Shown here: positions 10,167 through 20,842 of the stretch, piece after piece
Layout: every line of letters begins with the position of its first letter
How positions within the stretch are numbered: the first letter of the stretch is position 1
Assembly: GCF_049318185.1 (NCBI RefSeq)
Contig: NZ_JBMOGV010000001.1
Span: 1 to 57,574 of the forward strand
DNA: 57,574 nucleotides
Direction of reading: 5' to 3'
From: Flavobacterium sp.
GTDB taxonomy: Bacteria; Bacteroidota; Bacteroidia; Flavobacteriales; Flavobacteriaceae
Translations under genes and position numbers: made by a program
Notes under the pieces: model-generated
Told to the model about the DNA's origin: nothing
The model's input: the letters and a program-made list of their open reading frames with translations, nothing else
Databases searched by the model: none

Positions 10167-10790
10167 ATGAGTTTAGTAAAACTAACTATAAAAGGTATTT
10201 CATATAGCCAAACACAAAATGGCGCTTATGCATTGATTTTAAATGAAGTTGATGGAGAGCGAAAACTGCCTATAGTAATTGGTGCTTTTGAAGCGCAATC
10301 TATAGCTATTGCTCTTGAAAAAGAAATTAAACCTCCAAGACCATTAACCCACGATTTATTTAAAAGTTTTGCAGATAGATTTGATATTATTGTAAAACAA
10401 GTTATAATTCACAAACTGGTTGATGGAGTTTTCTACTCAAGTATTATTTGTGAAAGAGATAAAATTGAAGAGATAATTGACGCTAGAACTTCGGATGCTA
10501 TTGCACTAGCTTTGAGATTTAATGCTCCAATTTTTACATATAAAAACATTTTAGACAAAGCTGGAATTTATTTAAACAATCCAACTGAAATTGAAAATCA
10601 AAATATAGATGAAGGATTGCTTTCATCACCTGAAACTTTTGGATTAGATAAAAAGGGAAACGAACCAAAGGAAGTTTATGCTAAATTGAGCTTAACAGAA
10701 CTTCATACATTACTTGAGACAGCTGTACAAAACGAAGATTATGAAAAAGCAGCCAGAATAAGAGACGAAATTTCAAAAAGAGAATCGTAA
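10167..10790 (+). CDS. Bifunctional nuclease family (DUF151) protein with a C-terminal UVR domain
   Basis: LPIVIGAFEA, RPLTHDL and DARTSDAIALA motifs; UVR motif EDYEKAARIRDEI. Confidence 0.9.
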   Translation: MSLVKLTIKGISYSQTQNGAYALILNEVDGERKLPIVIGAFEAQSIAIALEKEIKPPRPLTHDLFKSFADRFDIIVKQVIIHKLVDGVFYSSIICERDKIEEIIDARTSDAIALALRFNAPIFTYKNILDKAGIYLNNPTEIENQNIDEGLLSSPETFGLDKKGNEPKEVYAKLSLTELHTLLETAVQNEDYEKAARIRDEISKRES

Positions 10791-11615
10791 ATGAAACAAT
10801 ATCATGATTTAATGCGACACGTATTAGAAAACGGTTGTCAAAAAGGAGACAGAACAGGAACAGGAACCAAAAGTGTTTTTGGCTACCAAATGCGTTTTGA
10901 TTTAAATGAAGGTTTTCCAATGGTAACTACCAAAAAATTACATTTAAAATCAATCATTTATGAATTACTTTGGTTTTTAAAAGGTGATACAAATATCAAT
11001 TATTTAAAAGAAAATGGAGTTAAAATTTGGGATGAATGGGCCGATGAAAAAGGTGATTTAGGTCCCGTTTATGGTCATCAATGGCGCAACTGGAATAGCG
11101 AAGAAATTGATCAAATAACAGAATTAATAGATACATTAAAAACAAATCCTAATAGCAGAAGAATGTTAGTTTCTGCTTGGAATCCATCTGTTTTGCCTGA
11201 CACATCAAAATCTTTTGCCGAAAATGTAGCTAATGGGAAAGCAGCTTTACCTCCTTGCCATGCATTCTTCCAGTTTTATGTTGCTGAAGGAAAATTATCT
11301 TGTCAATTATACCAACGAAGTGCAGATATATTTTTAGGGGTGCCTTTCAATATAGCTTCCTATGCATTATTCACTATGATGATTGCACAGGTTTGTGGTT
11401 TACAAGTAGGCGAATTTATTCACACTTTTGGCGATGCTCACATTTATAATAATCATTTTGAGCAGGTAGAATTACAATTATCTCGCGAACCAAGACCTTT
11501 GCCAAAAATGACACTAAATCCAAATGTGAAAAATATTTTTGAGTTCCAATTTGAAGATTTTACTTTGATTGATTACAATCCCCATCCTCATATTAAAGGC
11601 GCTGTAGCTATTTAA
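10791..11615 (+). CDS. thyA: Thymidylate synthase
   Basis: [26 protein letters not shown] and HIYNNH motifs. Confidence 0.98.
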   Translation: MKQYHDLMRHVLENGCQKGDRTGTGTKSVFGYQMRFDLNEGFPMVTTKKLHLKSIIYELLWFLKGDTNINYLKENGVKIWDEWADEKGDLGPVYGHQWRNWNSEEIDQITELIDTLKTNPNSRRMLVSAWNPSVLPDTSKSFAENVANGKAALPPCHAFFQFYVAEGKLSCQLYQRSADIFLGVPFNIASYALFTMMIAQVCGLQVGEFIHTFGDAHIYNNHFEQVELQLSREPRPLPKMTLNPNVKNIFEFQFEDFTLIDYNPHPHIKGAVAI

Positions 11616-11647
11616 ATAATTTTTATCTTAATGATAAATTTAGTCTT

Positions 11648-11986
11648 ATGGAAAAAGATCAACACGAATTATATGAATATGCTAGAGATAGAATAAAACA
11701 AAAAAAAAGTTTGTACTATCATTTTATTGTTCTATTTATCGGGAGCATATTTTTGTTCATTGCCAATAAATGGTTGTCGTTTTATCCCGAAACTAAATGG
11801 TGGATTTGGGCTGTAACTATCTGGATATTTGTTTTCCTATTTCATTTTATCAAAGTTTTTATTATTGATAGTTTTATGAACAAAAATTGGGAACGATCAC
11901 AAATCGACAAGTTAATGCTACAACAAACTAAAAAAGTTGAAAAACTAAAAAATGATTTAGAAAATTCTAAATCTTCAGAAGAATGA
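11648..11986 (+). CDS. 2TM domain-containing membrane protein
   Basis: Pattern YEYARDRIKQKK..YYH, two TM helices with WWIW, and a WE motif. Confidence 0.75.
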   Translation: MEKDQHELYEYARDRIKQKKSLYYHFIVLFIGSIFLFIANKWLSFYPETKWWIWAVTIWIFVFLFHFIKVFIIDSFMNKNWERSQIDKLMLQQTKKVEKLKNDLENSKSSEE

Positions 11987-12465
11987 TAACACTTATTGCA
12001 GCTGTTGCACAAAATAATGCTCTCGGGAAAGACAATCAATTACTTTGGCATTTGCCTGATGATTTTAAAAGATTTAAAAACATTACATCTGGACATTATA
12101 TAATCATGGGAAGAAAAACTTTTGAAAGTTTTCCAAAACCATTACCCAATAGAACTCATGTTATCATAACTCGTCAAAAGGAGTATAAACCAGAAGGCTG
12201 TATAGTAGTAAATTCATTAGATGAAGCTATACAATCTTGTCCAAAACAAGAAGACATATTCATCATTGGTGGTGGAGAAATTTATAAGCAATCCATAGTA
12301 ATTGCAGATAAAATTGATATTACCAGAGTTCATAATAGTTTTGAAGCTGATACTTTTTTTCCTGAAATTGAAATAGAAAAATGGCAATTGATTTTTGAAG
12401 AATTTCATTCAAAAGACGAAAGACATGATTTTGATTTCACTTTTCAAACTTATGTTAGAAAATAA
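11983..12465 (+). CDS. folA: Dihydrofolate reductase
   Basis: WHLPDDFKRFK, IMGRKTFES, PLPNR, IIGGGEIY and DTFFP motifs. Confidence 0.97.
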   Translation: MITLIAAVAQNNALGKDNQLLWHLPDDFKRFKNITSGHYIIMGRKTFESFPKPLPNRTHVIITRQKEYKPEGCIVVNSLDEAIQSCPKQEDIFIIGGGEIYKQSIVIADKIDITRVHNSFEADTFFPEIEIEKWQLIFEEFHSKDERHDFDFTFQTYVRK

Positions 12466-12527
12466 TTTTGTTTTTTCATCCAAGTCTCAATCAATAATAA
12501 AGCTCTATTCTAATTAAAATATTGGTT

Positions 12528-12535
12528 TATATTTG
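12528..12535 (+). promoter_or_regulatory. -7 box TATATTTG for menG-porT
   Basis: Perfect TAnnTTTG 14 nt before the ATG. Confidence 0.65.
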
Positions 12536-12549
12536 TAGAAATTTCTACA

Positions 12550-13281
12550 ATGTCAAAAAATATAACGCCTTATAAAGATTCTACACTAAGCAAAAAAGAT
12601 CAAGTAACCCAAATGTTTGATACTATTTCAGGAAGCTATGATGAACTGAATAGGGTTATTTCACTTGGAATAGATGTTAAGTGGCGAAAAAAAGTAGTTG
12701 ATTTAGTGGCAAAAAAAAATCCTGAAAATATTCTTGATATTGCCACTGGCACAGGAGATTTAGCAATTTTAATGACGCAAACTTCAGCCAAAAAAATTGT
12801 TGGACTAGATTTGTCAGTAGGCATGCTCGATGTAGGAAAACAAAAAATAATAGATAAAAACCTCACTGAAAAAATAAAAATGGTTGTGGGTGATAGTGAA
12901 AACATTCCTTATCCTGATAATTATTTTGATGCCATTACCGTTTCATTTGGAATCAGAAATTTTGAAACTTTAGAAAAAGGACTAGCAGAAATCTATAGAG
13001 TTTTAAAACCTAATGGCATTTTTGTAATACTTGAAACTTCGGTTCCTACTAAATTTCCATTCAAACAAGGATATGCTTTTTATACTAAATTGATACTGCC
13101 GTTAATTGGAAAAATATTTTCAAAAGACAATAATGCATACGGATATTTATCAGAGTCAGCAGCAAATTTTCCTTATGGCGAAGCTTTAAACAATATTTTA
13201 CAAAAAATATCGTTTATAGAATGTAAAGCGATGCCGCAAACATTTGGGGTTGCTACTATATACACCGCCACAAAAATTTAA
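12550..13281 (+). CDS. menG: Demethylmenaquinone methyltransferase (UbiE/MenG)
   Basis: MFDTISGSYDELN, LDIATGTGD, SFGIRN and RVLKPNG motifs. Confidence 0.92.
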   Translation: MSKNITPYKDSTLSKKDQVTQMFDTISGSYDELNRVISLGIDVKWRKKVVDLVAKKNPENILDIATGTGDLAILMTQTSAKKIVGLDLSVGMLDVGKQKIIDKNLTEKIKMVVGDSENIPYPDNYFDAITVSFGIRNFETLEKGLAEIYRVLKPNGIFVILETSVPTKFPFKQGYAFYTKLILPLIGKIFSKDNNAYGYLSESAANFPYGEALNNILQKISFIECKAMPQTFGVATIYTATKI

Positions 13282-13303
13282 ACCTGTTTTCTTCAGCAAC
13301 AAA

Positions 13304-14005
13304 ATGAAAAAACTAATTATCTTCTTTGTACTAATTTCCATTTCAGCTCAAGGCCAGTTGGGAAAGAGTATTTTTTCAAAAGACCCAATTATTAATTTGG
13401 AAAATTTCGACAAACAAAGACTTTATTGGGGTTATTTTCTAGGATTTAGTACGTTTGATTTCAAAACAGATTATAAAGTTCCTGGACAAGATATCAATAT
13501 AACAGGAAATACTGGGTTTAATGTTGGTCTTGTTGGGAGTCTTCGTCTACAAGAATATATAGAATTGCGCTTTGAACCTGGTCTTTATTATGCCAGTAGG
13601 ACATTGACATATCCTCAATTCTCAAATGATAGAGACGGTTTGCGCGAAGTAAAAGCAACTTATATCGATTTTCCTTTAATGTTAAAATTTTGTTCTAAAA
13701 GAACCGGAAACGTAAGACCGTATTTAGTTGGCGGATTGTCATCAACATTAAATTTGTCAAGTAATTCTAAATCAAAAGATGATAATTACCAACAGAAATT
13801 TAGAGTAAAACCTTGGACTCAAAATTATACTTTAGGTTTTGGTCTAGATTTATATTTTGAATACTTTAAATTTTCTCCTTCCATTAGAGGAGTTTTTGGA
13901 TTAAAGGATGAATTAATTAGAGATGATGACCCGAATAGCCCTTGGACTGGAAATATACATTCGATGAAAACACGAGCTGTGCTTATCAATTTTACATTCC
14001 ATTAA
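13304..14005 (+). CDS. porT: PorT/SprT family type IX secretion outer membrane beta-barrel
   Basis: Signal peptide from ATG 13304; WGYFLG, GFNVGL, LRFEPGL and YFKFSPSIRG motifs; follows menG. Confidence 0.85.
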   Translation: MKKLIIFFVLISISAQGQLGKSIFSKDPIINLENFDKQRLYWGYFLGFSTFDFKTDYKVPGQDINITGNTGFNVGLVGSLRLQEYIELRFEPGLYYASRTLTYPQFSNDRDGLREVKATYIDFPLMLKFCSKRTGNVRPYLVGGLSSTLNLSSNSKSKDDNYQQKFRVKPWTQNYTLGFGLDLYFEYFKFSPSIRGVFGLKDELIRDDDPNSPWTGNIHSMKTRAVLINFTFH

Positions 14006-14023
14006 AAAACTTAAAATATTTCG

Positions 14024-14755
14024 CTATTCAATATTTCGTCTAAATTCGCTCAAAAATATTGCGGTTGCAGTAGCCACGTTTAAACTTTCTGCTTGTTGGA
14101 TATCTCCAAATCTAGGTATTGCAATTCTATTTTTAATAAATTTTTCTAATTCTGAGGAAATCCCGTTGGCTTCATTTCCAAATATCAGAATTCCATCTGC
14201 TGATAATTTTTCTTTATAAATAATTGCGCCATCCATAAAAGCTCCAAAAACAGGTAAAGAAGTATTGGCAATAAAACTTTTTAAGTCTAAATAACTGACA
14301 TTTACTCTAGCAATGGAACCCATAGTGGCTTGAATAACTTTTGGATTATATACATCTACTGTCTCTGGAGAACACAAAATTTGTTTAACTCCAAACCAAT
14401 CTGAAAGCCTTATAATAGTTCCTAAATTTCCTGGATCACGAATGTCGTCAAGAGCTATAATCAAACCTAAATTTTCGATTACATTATCATTTGGGATTTT
14501 AAAAATAGCTAAACAAGAGCTTGGTGAATTCAAAGCTGAAATTCTTTTCATGTCTTGTTCGCTGATCAAAGATTTATGGTGATTAGCTATGTTTTCAAAA
14601 ATACTTGTATTTTCATACAAATGTTCAAGCACAAAATTTGATTGTAACAATTCTTGAATTACTTTTACACCTTCAGCAATAAACATTTGGTGTTCAAATC
14701 GATATTTTTTTTGCTGAAGACTTGTAATAAATTTTATTTGGCTTTTACTAACCAT
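14024..14755 (-). CDS. TrmH/SpoU family RNA methyltransferase
   Basis: DPGNLGTIIR, FGNEANGIS and ESLNVATA motifs. Start moved to ATG 14755 (MVSKSQIK). Confidence 0.92.
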   Translation of the reverse strand: MVSKSQIKFITSLQQKKYRFEHQMFIAEGVKVIQELLQSNFVLEHLYENTSIFENIANHHKSLISEQDMKRISALNSPSSCLAIFKIPNDNVIENLGLIIALDDIRDPGNLGTIIRLSDWFGVKQILCSPETVDVYNPKVIQATMGSIARVNVSYLDLKSFIANTSLPVFGAFMDGAIIYKEKLSADGILIFGNEANGISSELEKFIKNRIAIPRFGDIQQAESLNVATATAIFLSEFRRNIE

Positions 14756-14764
14756 AAAATACTG

Positions 14765-14772
14765 TATTTTTG
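14765..14772 (+). promoter_or_regulatory. -7 box TATTTTTG for tamL
   Basis: TAnnTTTG 20 nt upstream of the TTG start. Confidence 0.6.
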
Positions 14773-14792
14773 AATTAAATATTTTAGACCAC

Positions 14793-17345
14793 TTGAAAAA
14801 GAGCATCACAAAAATATCACTATTTATTCTAACTGCACTAATTATATTTGGTTGTAACACTCTAAAAAGAGTTCCTGACGGAAAAAGTCTCTTGACTAAA
14901 AATGATATTTATGTTGATAACAAAAAAGACAACTCTGAAGACAACACAAATCAACTATATCAGAAACAAAACAGTTCTATTCTTGGATACAGACTTAGGT
15001 TAAATATTTTCAATTTGGCCAGACCAAAATCAGATTCATTATTCAAATCAATAATGATTAAGAATCCAAAAAGATATTATAGAAAAGCCAAATGGCTTTC
15101 TAAAAAACAAGTAAAAAGATTAGGCGAATCGTTCTTGTACTCAGGCATAGATAATTTTTTAAGAAAAACGGGGGAAGCACCAATTATTTTGGACACTTCA
15201 AGTACTAGAAAATCTTTAAAGCGATTAAAATCTTATTATTTTAATAGAGGATATTTTGATGTTGTAACAAGATATAAAATTGATAGTTTAGCTAAGAAAA
15301 AAGTAAAACTTAGATATGACATTGAAACTGGAAAACCCTTCATGATTGATAGTATCAGTAGTTCTATTACTAGTAAACCATTAGATTCTATTTATCAATT
15401 AATGAAGAAATATTCTGTATTAAAATCAAACAAACGATTTATATCTAGCGATTTTGACGATGAAAGAGCAAGAATTACAGAAGATTTTAGAAACAATGGT
15501 GCTTTTAGATTTCAACAAAATTATGTGACCTATGATATTGACACACTTTCAAAAACACATAAGGCTAATGTAGAATTAGTAATAGAAAATGAATCTATAA
15601 GAGTTGAAGACAGTATTTATTCTTTACCGTTTAAACTTTATAAAATTAGTAAAGTAAATATTTTTACTGATTATAGTGCTACAAATCCAAATGCCATTAT
15701 TAAAGACAGTACTGTATACAAAGGGTTCCATTTATACAGTTTCAACAAATTGAAATATAAACCAAAAGCAATTACTGATGGTGTTTTTGTGATAAAAGAA
15801 AATTATTTTTCAGATAAAAACTCAGCTTTAACTTCAAAATATTTAAGTAACCTTAAAGTTTTCAACTATCCATTAATACAATATGTTCAGGATAAAAATC
15901 AAGAAGATGGATTGATTGCTAATATTTATTTAACTCCAAGAAAAAAATATACATTTGGATTCTCAACAGATTTTACTCATTCAAACATTCAAGATTTTGG
16001 AATATCTGGAAACACATTTTTAGGAATTCGAAATGTATTTAATGGTGCTGAAACTTTTGAATTAGGATTTAGAGGCAATATAGGTTCGTCAAAAGATTTA
16101 GCCAATCCAAATAATAATTTTTTCAATATCTCAGAAATTGGAGTTGATGCCAAATTAAATTTTCCTAGAATATTTTTTCCTTTAAAAACAGATAAAATCA
16201 TTCCAAAAACTATGATACCTTATACTACTTTTAGTGTGGGATACTCTAAACAAACCAATATTGGATTAGACAAACAGAACTTTACAAGTTCATTAGCATA
16301 CAGTTGGACACCTACAAAAAATACAAATTTAAAATTTGATTTATTCAATGTTCAATTTGTTAGAAATCTAAATCCTTCCAACTATTTTAATATATATAAA
16401 TCATCATACAACTCCATTAATCAAATTGCTCAAAGCTATCCTACGGTAAATGCAAGTTATTTTAACCCGATCACAGGCAACCTAATTATTGAAGATGGTG
16501 TTTTTGGGTTTGCAAATGATGTTGTTGAAAATCAAAGCATTGTTGTTTCACCAAATGATGCTAAATCAATCTTAAGTATTTTAGAAAGAAGAGCTAGATT
16601 GACCGAAAACAACTTGATTTTCGCTTCTAATATTACCTACGCTAAAACATCACAAAAAGATTTATTTGACAACAACTTTTATGCTGTCAAAGCAAAAATA
16701 GAATCTGCTGGAAATGTATTGTCTTTATTTGCCAACTTATCTAAACAACTGCAAAATCAGGATGGAACTAAAACTATTTTTAATGTTGCTTATTCCCAGT
16801 ATGTAAAATCTGAATTTGAATTTATTAAACATTGGGATTTAAAGCGTAAAAAAGTATTGGCTACAAAAGTTTTTGCTGGAATAGCGATACCCTATGGAAA
16901 CTCAAACAGCATTCCATTTTCTCGAAGTTATTTTGCGGGCGGAACCAATGATAATAGAGCATGGCAATCCTATAGTTTAGGGCCAGGTTCAAGTGGAAGT
17001 GTTTTGGATTTTAATGAGGCAAATATGAAACTATTATTTAGTACTGAATTACGATTTAATATTTTCAAAAAATTAAACGGCGCTGTCTTTACTGATGTTG
17101 GAAATATTTGGAATGTTTTAGACAATACAACATATGAACCTTCCATTTTTAGTGGATTGAAATCCTTAGGCAATATTGCTGTAGGTTCAGGATTTGGATT
17201 TAGATATGATTTTAGTTTCTTTATTATTCGACTAGATTTAGGATTTAAGACTTATAATCCCTCTATTAATTTACAAGAAAAATGGTTTAAAGAGATGCGC
17301 TTCGATAAATCGGTGATAAATATTGGAATTAATTATCCTTTCTAA
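14793..17345 (+). CDS. tamL: Omp85/BamA-TamA family lipoprotein (TamL-like)
   Basis: Lipobox IIFGC, POTRA-like region, GGTNDNRAW loop, GFGFRYD and terminal GINYPF. Confidence 0.85.
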   Translation: MKKSITKISLFILTALIIFGCNTLKRVPDGKSLLTKNDIYVDNKKDNSEDNTNQLYQKQNSSILGYRLRLNIFNLARPKSDSLFKSIMIKNPKRYYRKAKWLSKKQVKRLGESFLYSGIDNFLRKTGEAPIILDTSSTRKSLKRLKSYYFNRGYFDVVTRYKIDSLAKKKVKLRYDIETGKPFMIDSISSSITSKPLDSIYQLMKKYSVLKSNKRFISSDFDDERARITEDFRNNGAFRFQQNYVTYDIDTLSKTHKANVELVIENESIRVEDSIYSLPFKLYKISKVNIFTDYSATNPNAIIKDSTVYKGFHLYSFNKLKYKPKAITDGVFVIKENYFSDKNSALTSKYLSNLKVFNYPLIQYVQDKNQEDGLIANIYLTPRKKYTFGFSTDFTHSNIQDFGISGNTFLGIRNVFNGAETFELGFRGNIGSSKDLANPNNNFFNISEIGVDAKLNFPRIFFPLKTDKIIPKTMIPYTTFSVGYSKQTNIGLDKQNFTSSLAYSWTPTKNTNLKFDLFNVQFVRNLNPSNYFNIYKSSYNSINQIAQSYPTVNASYFNPITGNLIIEDGVFGFANDVVENQSIVVSPNDAKSILSILERRARLTENNLIFASNITYAKTSQKDLFDNNFYAVKAKIESAGNVLSLFANLSKQLQNQDGTKTIFNVAYSQYVKSEFEFIKHWDLKRKKVLATKVFAGIAIPYGNSNSIPFSRSYFAGGTNDNRAWQSYSLGPGSSGSVLDFNEANMKLLFSTELRFNIFKKLNGAVFTDVGNIWNVLDNTTYEPSIFSGLKSLGNIAVGSGFGFRYDFSFFIIRLDLGFKTYNPSINLQEKWFKEMRFDKSVINIGINYPF

Positions 17346-17358
17346 ATTTAGAAATTAT

Positions 17359-17366
17359 TATTTTTG
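17359..17366 (+). promoter_or_regulatory. -7 box TATTTTTG for fbaA
   Basis: TAnnTTTG 30 nt upstream of the ATG. Confidence 0.65.
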
Positions 17367-17396
17367 CAAACTTAACATAATAAACAAAATAAGACA

Positions 17397-18464
17397 ATGG
17401 GGCACAATATCAAACCTGGAGTTGCTACTGGAGATGAAGTTCAAGCAATATTTAATCATGCAAAAGAAAACGGATTTGCACTTCCTGCAGTTAACGTAAT
17501 TGGTTCAAGTACTATAAACGGAGTTTTAGAAACAGCCGCAAAATTAAATGCTCCAGTTATTATTCAATTTTCAAATGGTGGCGCTCAGTTTAATGCTGGA
17601 AAAGGACTTTCTAATATTGGTGAAAAAGCAGCTATTGCTGGTGGTATTGCAGGCGCAAAACACATTCACACTTTGGCAGAAGCTTACGGTGCTACTGTAA
17701 TTCTTCATACTGACCATTGTGCCAAAAAATTATTACCTTGGATTGATGGTTTATTAGACGCTTCAGAGAAAAGTTTTGCTGAAACTGGAAAACCATTATT
17801 TTCTTCGCACATGATTGATTTATCAGAAGAGCCAATCGAAGAAAATATTGAAATTTGTAAAACTTATTTGGCTAGAATGAGCAAAATGGGAATGACTTTA
17901 GAAATTGAACTCGGAATTACTGGTGGTGAAGAAGATGGTGTAGACAATTCTGATGTAGATAGCTCAAAACTCTATACACAACCTTCAGAAGTGGCTTATG
18001 CTTATGAAGAATTACTAAAAATATCTCCTAAATTTACTATTGCAGCTTCTTTTGGAAATGTACATGGTGTTTACAAACCAGGAAACGTAAAATTAACACC
18101 AAAAATTTTAAAAAACTCTCAAGAATATGTTCAAAACAAATTCAATGCCGGACATAATCCTGTTGACTTTGTTTTCCATGGTGGTTCTGGTTCTACATTA
18201 GAAGAAATTAGAGAAGCTATTTCTTATGGAGTAATTAAAATGAATATCGATACCGATTTACAATTTGCCTATACCGAAGGCATCAGAGATTATATGGTTT
18301 CTAAAATTGATTATTTAAGAACACAAATCGGAAGTCCGGAAGGCTCAGATTCTCCAAACAAAAAACACTACGATCCTAGAAAATGGATTAGAGAAGGCGA
18401 AGTAACTTTTATCAAAAGATTAGAAGAAGCTTTTGCTGACTTGAACAACATAAACACATTATAA
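17397..18464 (+). CDS. fbaA: Class II fructose-bisphosphate aldolase
   Basis: HTDH, SHMIDLS, GGEEDG, GNVHGVY and FHGGSG motifs. Confidence 0.97.
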   Translation: MGHNIKPGVATGDEVQAIFNHAKENGFALPAVNVIGSSTINGVLETAAKLNAPVIIQFSNGGAQFNAGKGLSNIGEKAAIAGGIAGAKHIHTLAEAYGATVILHTDHCAKKLLPWIDGLLDASEKSFAETGKPLFSSHMIDLSEEPIEENIEICKTYLARMSKMGMTLEIELGITGGEEDGVDNSDVDSSKLYTQPSEVAYAYEELLKISPKFTIAASFGNVHGVYKPGNVKLTPKILKNSQEYVQNKFNAGHNPVDFVFHGGSGSTLEEIREAISYGVIKMNIDTDLQFAYTEGIRDYMVSKIDYLRTQIGSPEGSDSPNKKHYDPRKWIREGEVTFIKRLEEAFADLNNINTL

Positions 18465-18518
18465 TTAACAATTGATAATTGATAATTATTCATTGTCAAT
18501 TATCCATTATCCATTAAA
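18463..18518 (+). repeat. Degenerate heptamer array (AATTGAT/AATTATC family) with an internal hairpin
   Basis: aattaac aattgat aattgat aattatt cattgtc aattatc cattatc cattaaa fills the fbaA-accD spacer. Confidence 0.8.
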
Positions 18519-18520
18519 TT

Positions 18521-19375
18521 ATGGCTTGGTTTAAAAGAACAGAAAAAGGAATAACAACACCCACGGAAGACAAGAAAGATGTTCCTAAAGGACTTTGGTA
18601 TAAATCACCAACAGGAAAAATTATTGATCAAGACGAACTAGCAAGAAACCTATGGGTTAGTCCAGAGGATGATTTTCATGTTAGAATTGGCAGTAAAGAA
18701 TACTTTGAAATCTTGTTTGACAACAATGAATTCAAAGAATTAGATGCAAAAATGACTGCCAAAGATCCGTTAGGATTTGTAGATACCAAAAAATATTCAG
18801 ACCGATTAAAAGAAGCTATCGAAAAAACAGGGTTGAAAGATGCTGTTCGCACTGGTGTTGGAAAATCAAAAGGAAATGTTTTAGTAGTATGCTGTATGGA
18901 TTTTGCTTTTATTGGTGGTTCTATGGGTGCTGTAGTAGGAGAAAAAATTGCTCGTGGTATTGATTATGCCATCAAACATAAAACACCATTTGTAATGATT
19001 TCAAAATCGGGTGGAGCGCGTATGATGGAAGCGGCTTATTCTTTAATGCAATTAGCCAAAACCTCAGCAAAATTAGCGCAACTAGCCGAAGCAAAAATTC
19101 CTTATATTTCTTTATGTACTGATCCTACAACGGGTGGAACAACCGCTTCTTACGCAATGCTTGGCGATATAAATATCTCTGAACCTGGTGCATTGATTGG
19201 GTTTGCGGGTCCACGTGTAGTGCGTGACACAACAGGAAAAGATTTGCCCGAAGGTTTCCAAACGGCAGAGTTTGTTTTAGACCACGGCTTCCTTGACTTT
19301 ATCACGCCAAGAAAAGAATTGAAAGATAAAATTAACCTTTATATTGATTTGATTTTAAATCAAGAAATTAGATAG
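18521..19375 (+). CDS. accD: Acetyl-CoA carboxylase carboxyltransferase beta subunit
   Basis: [20 protein letters not shown] and IGFAGPRV motifs. Confidence 0.97.
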   Translation: MAWFKRTEKGITTPTEDKKDVPKGLWYKSPTGKIIDQDELARNLWVSPEDDFHVRIGSKEYFEILFDNNEFKELDAKMTAKDPLGFVDTKKYSDRLKEAIEKTGLKDAVRTGVGKSKGNVLVVCCMDFAFIGGSMGAVVGEKIARGIDYAIKHKTPFVMISKSGGARMMEAAYSLMQLAKTSAKLAQLAEAKIPYISLCTDPTTGGTTASYAMLGDINISEPGALIGFAGPRVVRDTTGKDLPEGFQTAEFVLDHGFLDFITPRKELKDKINLYIDLILNQEIR

Positions 19376-19403
19376 TTTTAAATACTAAACAAAAAAAGCA
19401 TAT

Positions 19404-19435
19404 AAAAACACAAAGAAAATACTTTGTGTTTTTTT
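19404..19435. terminator. Bidirectional intrinsic terminator
   Basis: AAAAACACAAAG-aaaata-CTTTGTGTTTTT between convergent genes. Confidence 0.75.
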
Positions 19436-19446
19436 ATGTCAAAAAA

Positions 19447-20703
19447 CTACATTCCACTTCTAATCGCTTCCACAGGGTCAAGTTTTGAAGCAGAAATAGC
19501 TGGAAGAATTCCTGAGATTAGTCCAATGATAGCAGCTAAACCAGTTCCCAAAAGAATATTTCCTATGCTTAAAACAAATTCAAAATCTAATACATTGGTT
19601 AAAACAATAGCAATTATCCAGACTAACAACAAACCTATAAACCCACCGATAACACAAAGAATAATAGCTTCAAAGAGAAATTGGAACAGGATAAATTTAT
19701 TCTTGGCACCCAATGATTTTTGAATTCCAATTAAATTAGTTCTTTCCTTTACAGAAACAAACATGATGTTAGCAATTCCAAATCCACCAACTAGCAATGA
19801 AAATAAACTAATAATCCAACCACCAACTTTCATATTGCCAATAATTCCATCAATCAAATCGGTAAATCCAGATAATACACTGATAAAGAAATTATCGATT
19901 TCTCCATCTTTTACTCCTCTAAAATTGCGTAATTTTTGACCTATCTCGCCTTTTAATGCTTCCATGTCAATGCCTTTATTCGGCTTAATGATGATAAGTG
20001 GTATAAGAATTTTATTATTATCACCATATAATCTTCTCATAAAATTGGATGGAAAAAAAACGGTAGTATCATCATCGCCACCTATAGAAAACCCAGATTC
20101 ACCTTTCTTTTTTGTAACACCTATAACCGTAAATTTTTGACCATACATTCTAACTTGTTTACCTATTGGTACAGCACCTTCAAACAAACCTTCAGCAATA
20201 TCATAGCCCAATACAACTACTTTTTTACCAGAGATTGATTCTGACTCATTAAAAAATCTTCCTTCAGCAAACTCCATTCTTTGAATATCATCAAACTCAG
20301 AAGTGGCAGGAACCATATTTACAGTATTAATGGTTTTTGATTCAAATTTTAAGGTTTGAGATGATGTGAAATATTGAAAACAAGAATTCTCTATATTGTT
20401 TAAAGACCCTTTTAAGTATTGATATTCTTCATATTTTACATGAGGAAATTGTTCTCTTTTCCATTTTGGAATATCAGTTGGACCAAATGAAATACTAGTT
20501 ACATAAATAGTGTTTTTATCTAAGGACATTAAATCACTTTTTATTTTTCTATCCAAAGAGTCAACGGCTGCCAAAACAGCAATAATAGAAAAAATACCTA
20601 TAGTTACTCCGAGCAAAGAAAGCAACGTTCGCAATTTGTTATTACGCAAAGCATTCATAGCAAAAGCAAAGCTTTCTTTCAATAAACGAAGATAAAATAA
20701 CAT
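19447..20703 (-). CDS. MacB/FtsX-like ABC transporter permease
   Basis: NKLRTLLSLLGVTIG, GRFF, GIANIMFVSVKERT.IG and PAISASKLDPVEAIR motifs. Confidence 0.92.
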   Translation of the reverse strand: MLFYLRLLKESFAFAMNALRNNKLRTLLSLLGVTIGIFSIIAVLAAVDSLDRKIKSDLMSLDKNTIYVTSISFGPTDIPKWKREQFPHVKYEEYQYLKGSLNNIENSCFQYFTSSQTLKFESKTINTVNMVPATSEFDDIQRMEFAEGRFFNESESISGKKVVVLGYDIAEGLFEGAVPIGKQVRMYGQKFTVIGVTKKKGESGFSIGGDDDTTVFFPSNFMRRLYGDNNKILIPLIIIKPNKGIDMEALKGEIGQKLRNFRGVKDGEIDNFFISVLSGFTDLIDGIIGNMKVGGWIISLFSLLVGGFGIANIMFVSVKERTNLIGIQKSLGAKNKFILFQFLFEAIILCVIGGFIGLLLVWIIAIVLTNVLDFEFVLSIGNILLGTGLAAIIGLISGILPAISASKLDPVEAIRSGM

Positions 20704-20834
20704 CTACTTGTTTTTAGGATGTGTAAATTTCATCAAAATATTCTGAAATTACTAATATTTTACTGACTGCTTTGTAAGTGTAATAAAATAAAATTTTGTT
20801 GCAGTTCATTCTTGAATTTTGTAATCAAAAAAAC

Positions 20835-20842
20835 TACTTTTG
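20835..20842 (+). promoter_or_regulatory. -7 box TACTTTTG for purH
   Basis: TAnnTTTG 45 nt upstream of the ATG. Confidence 0.6.

Noticed and set aside
18521-18700. AccD lacks the N-terminal Cys4 zinc finger
   Set aside because: Zinc-finger-less AccD is a known lineage variant, not novel.
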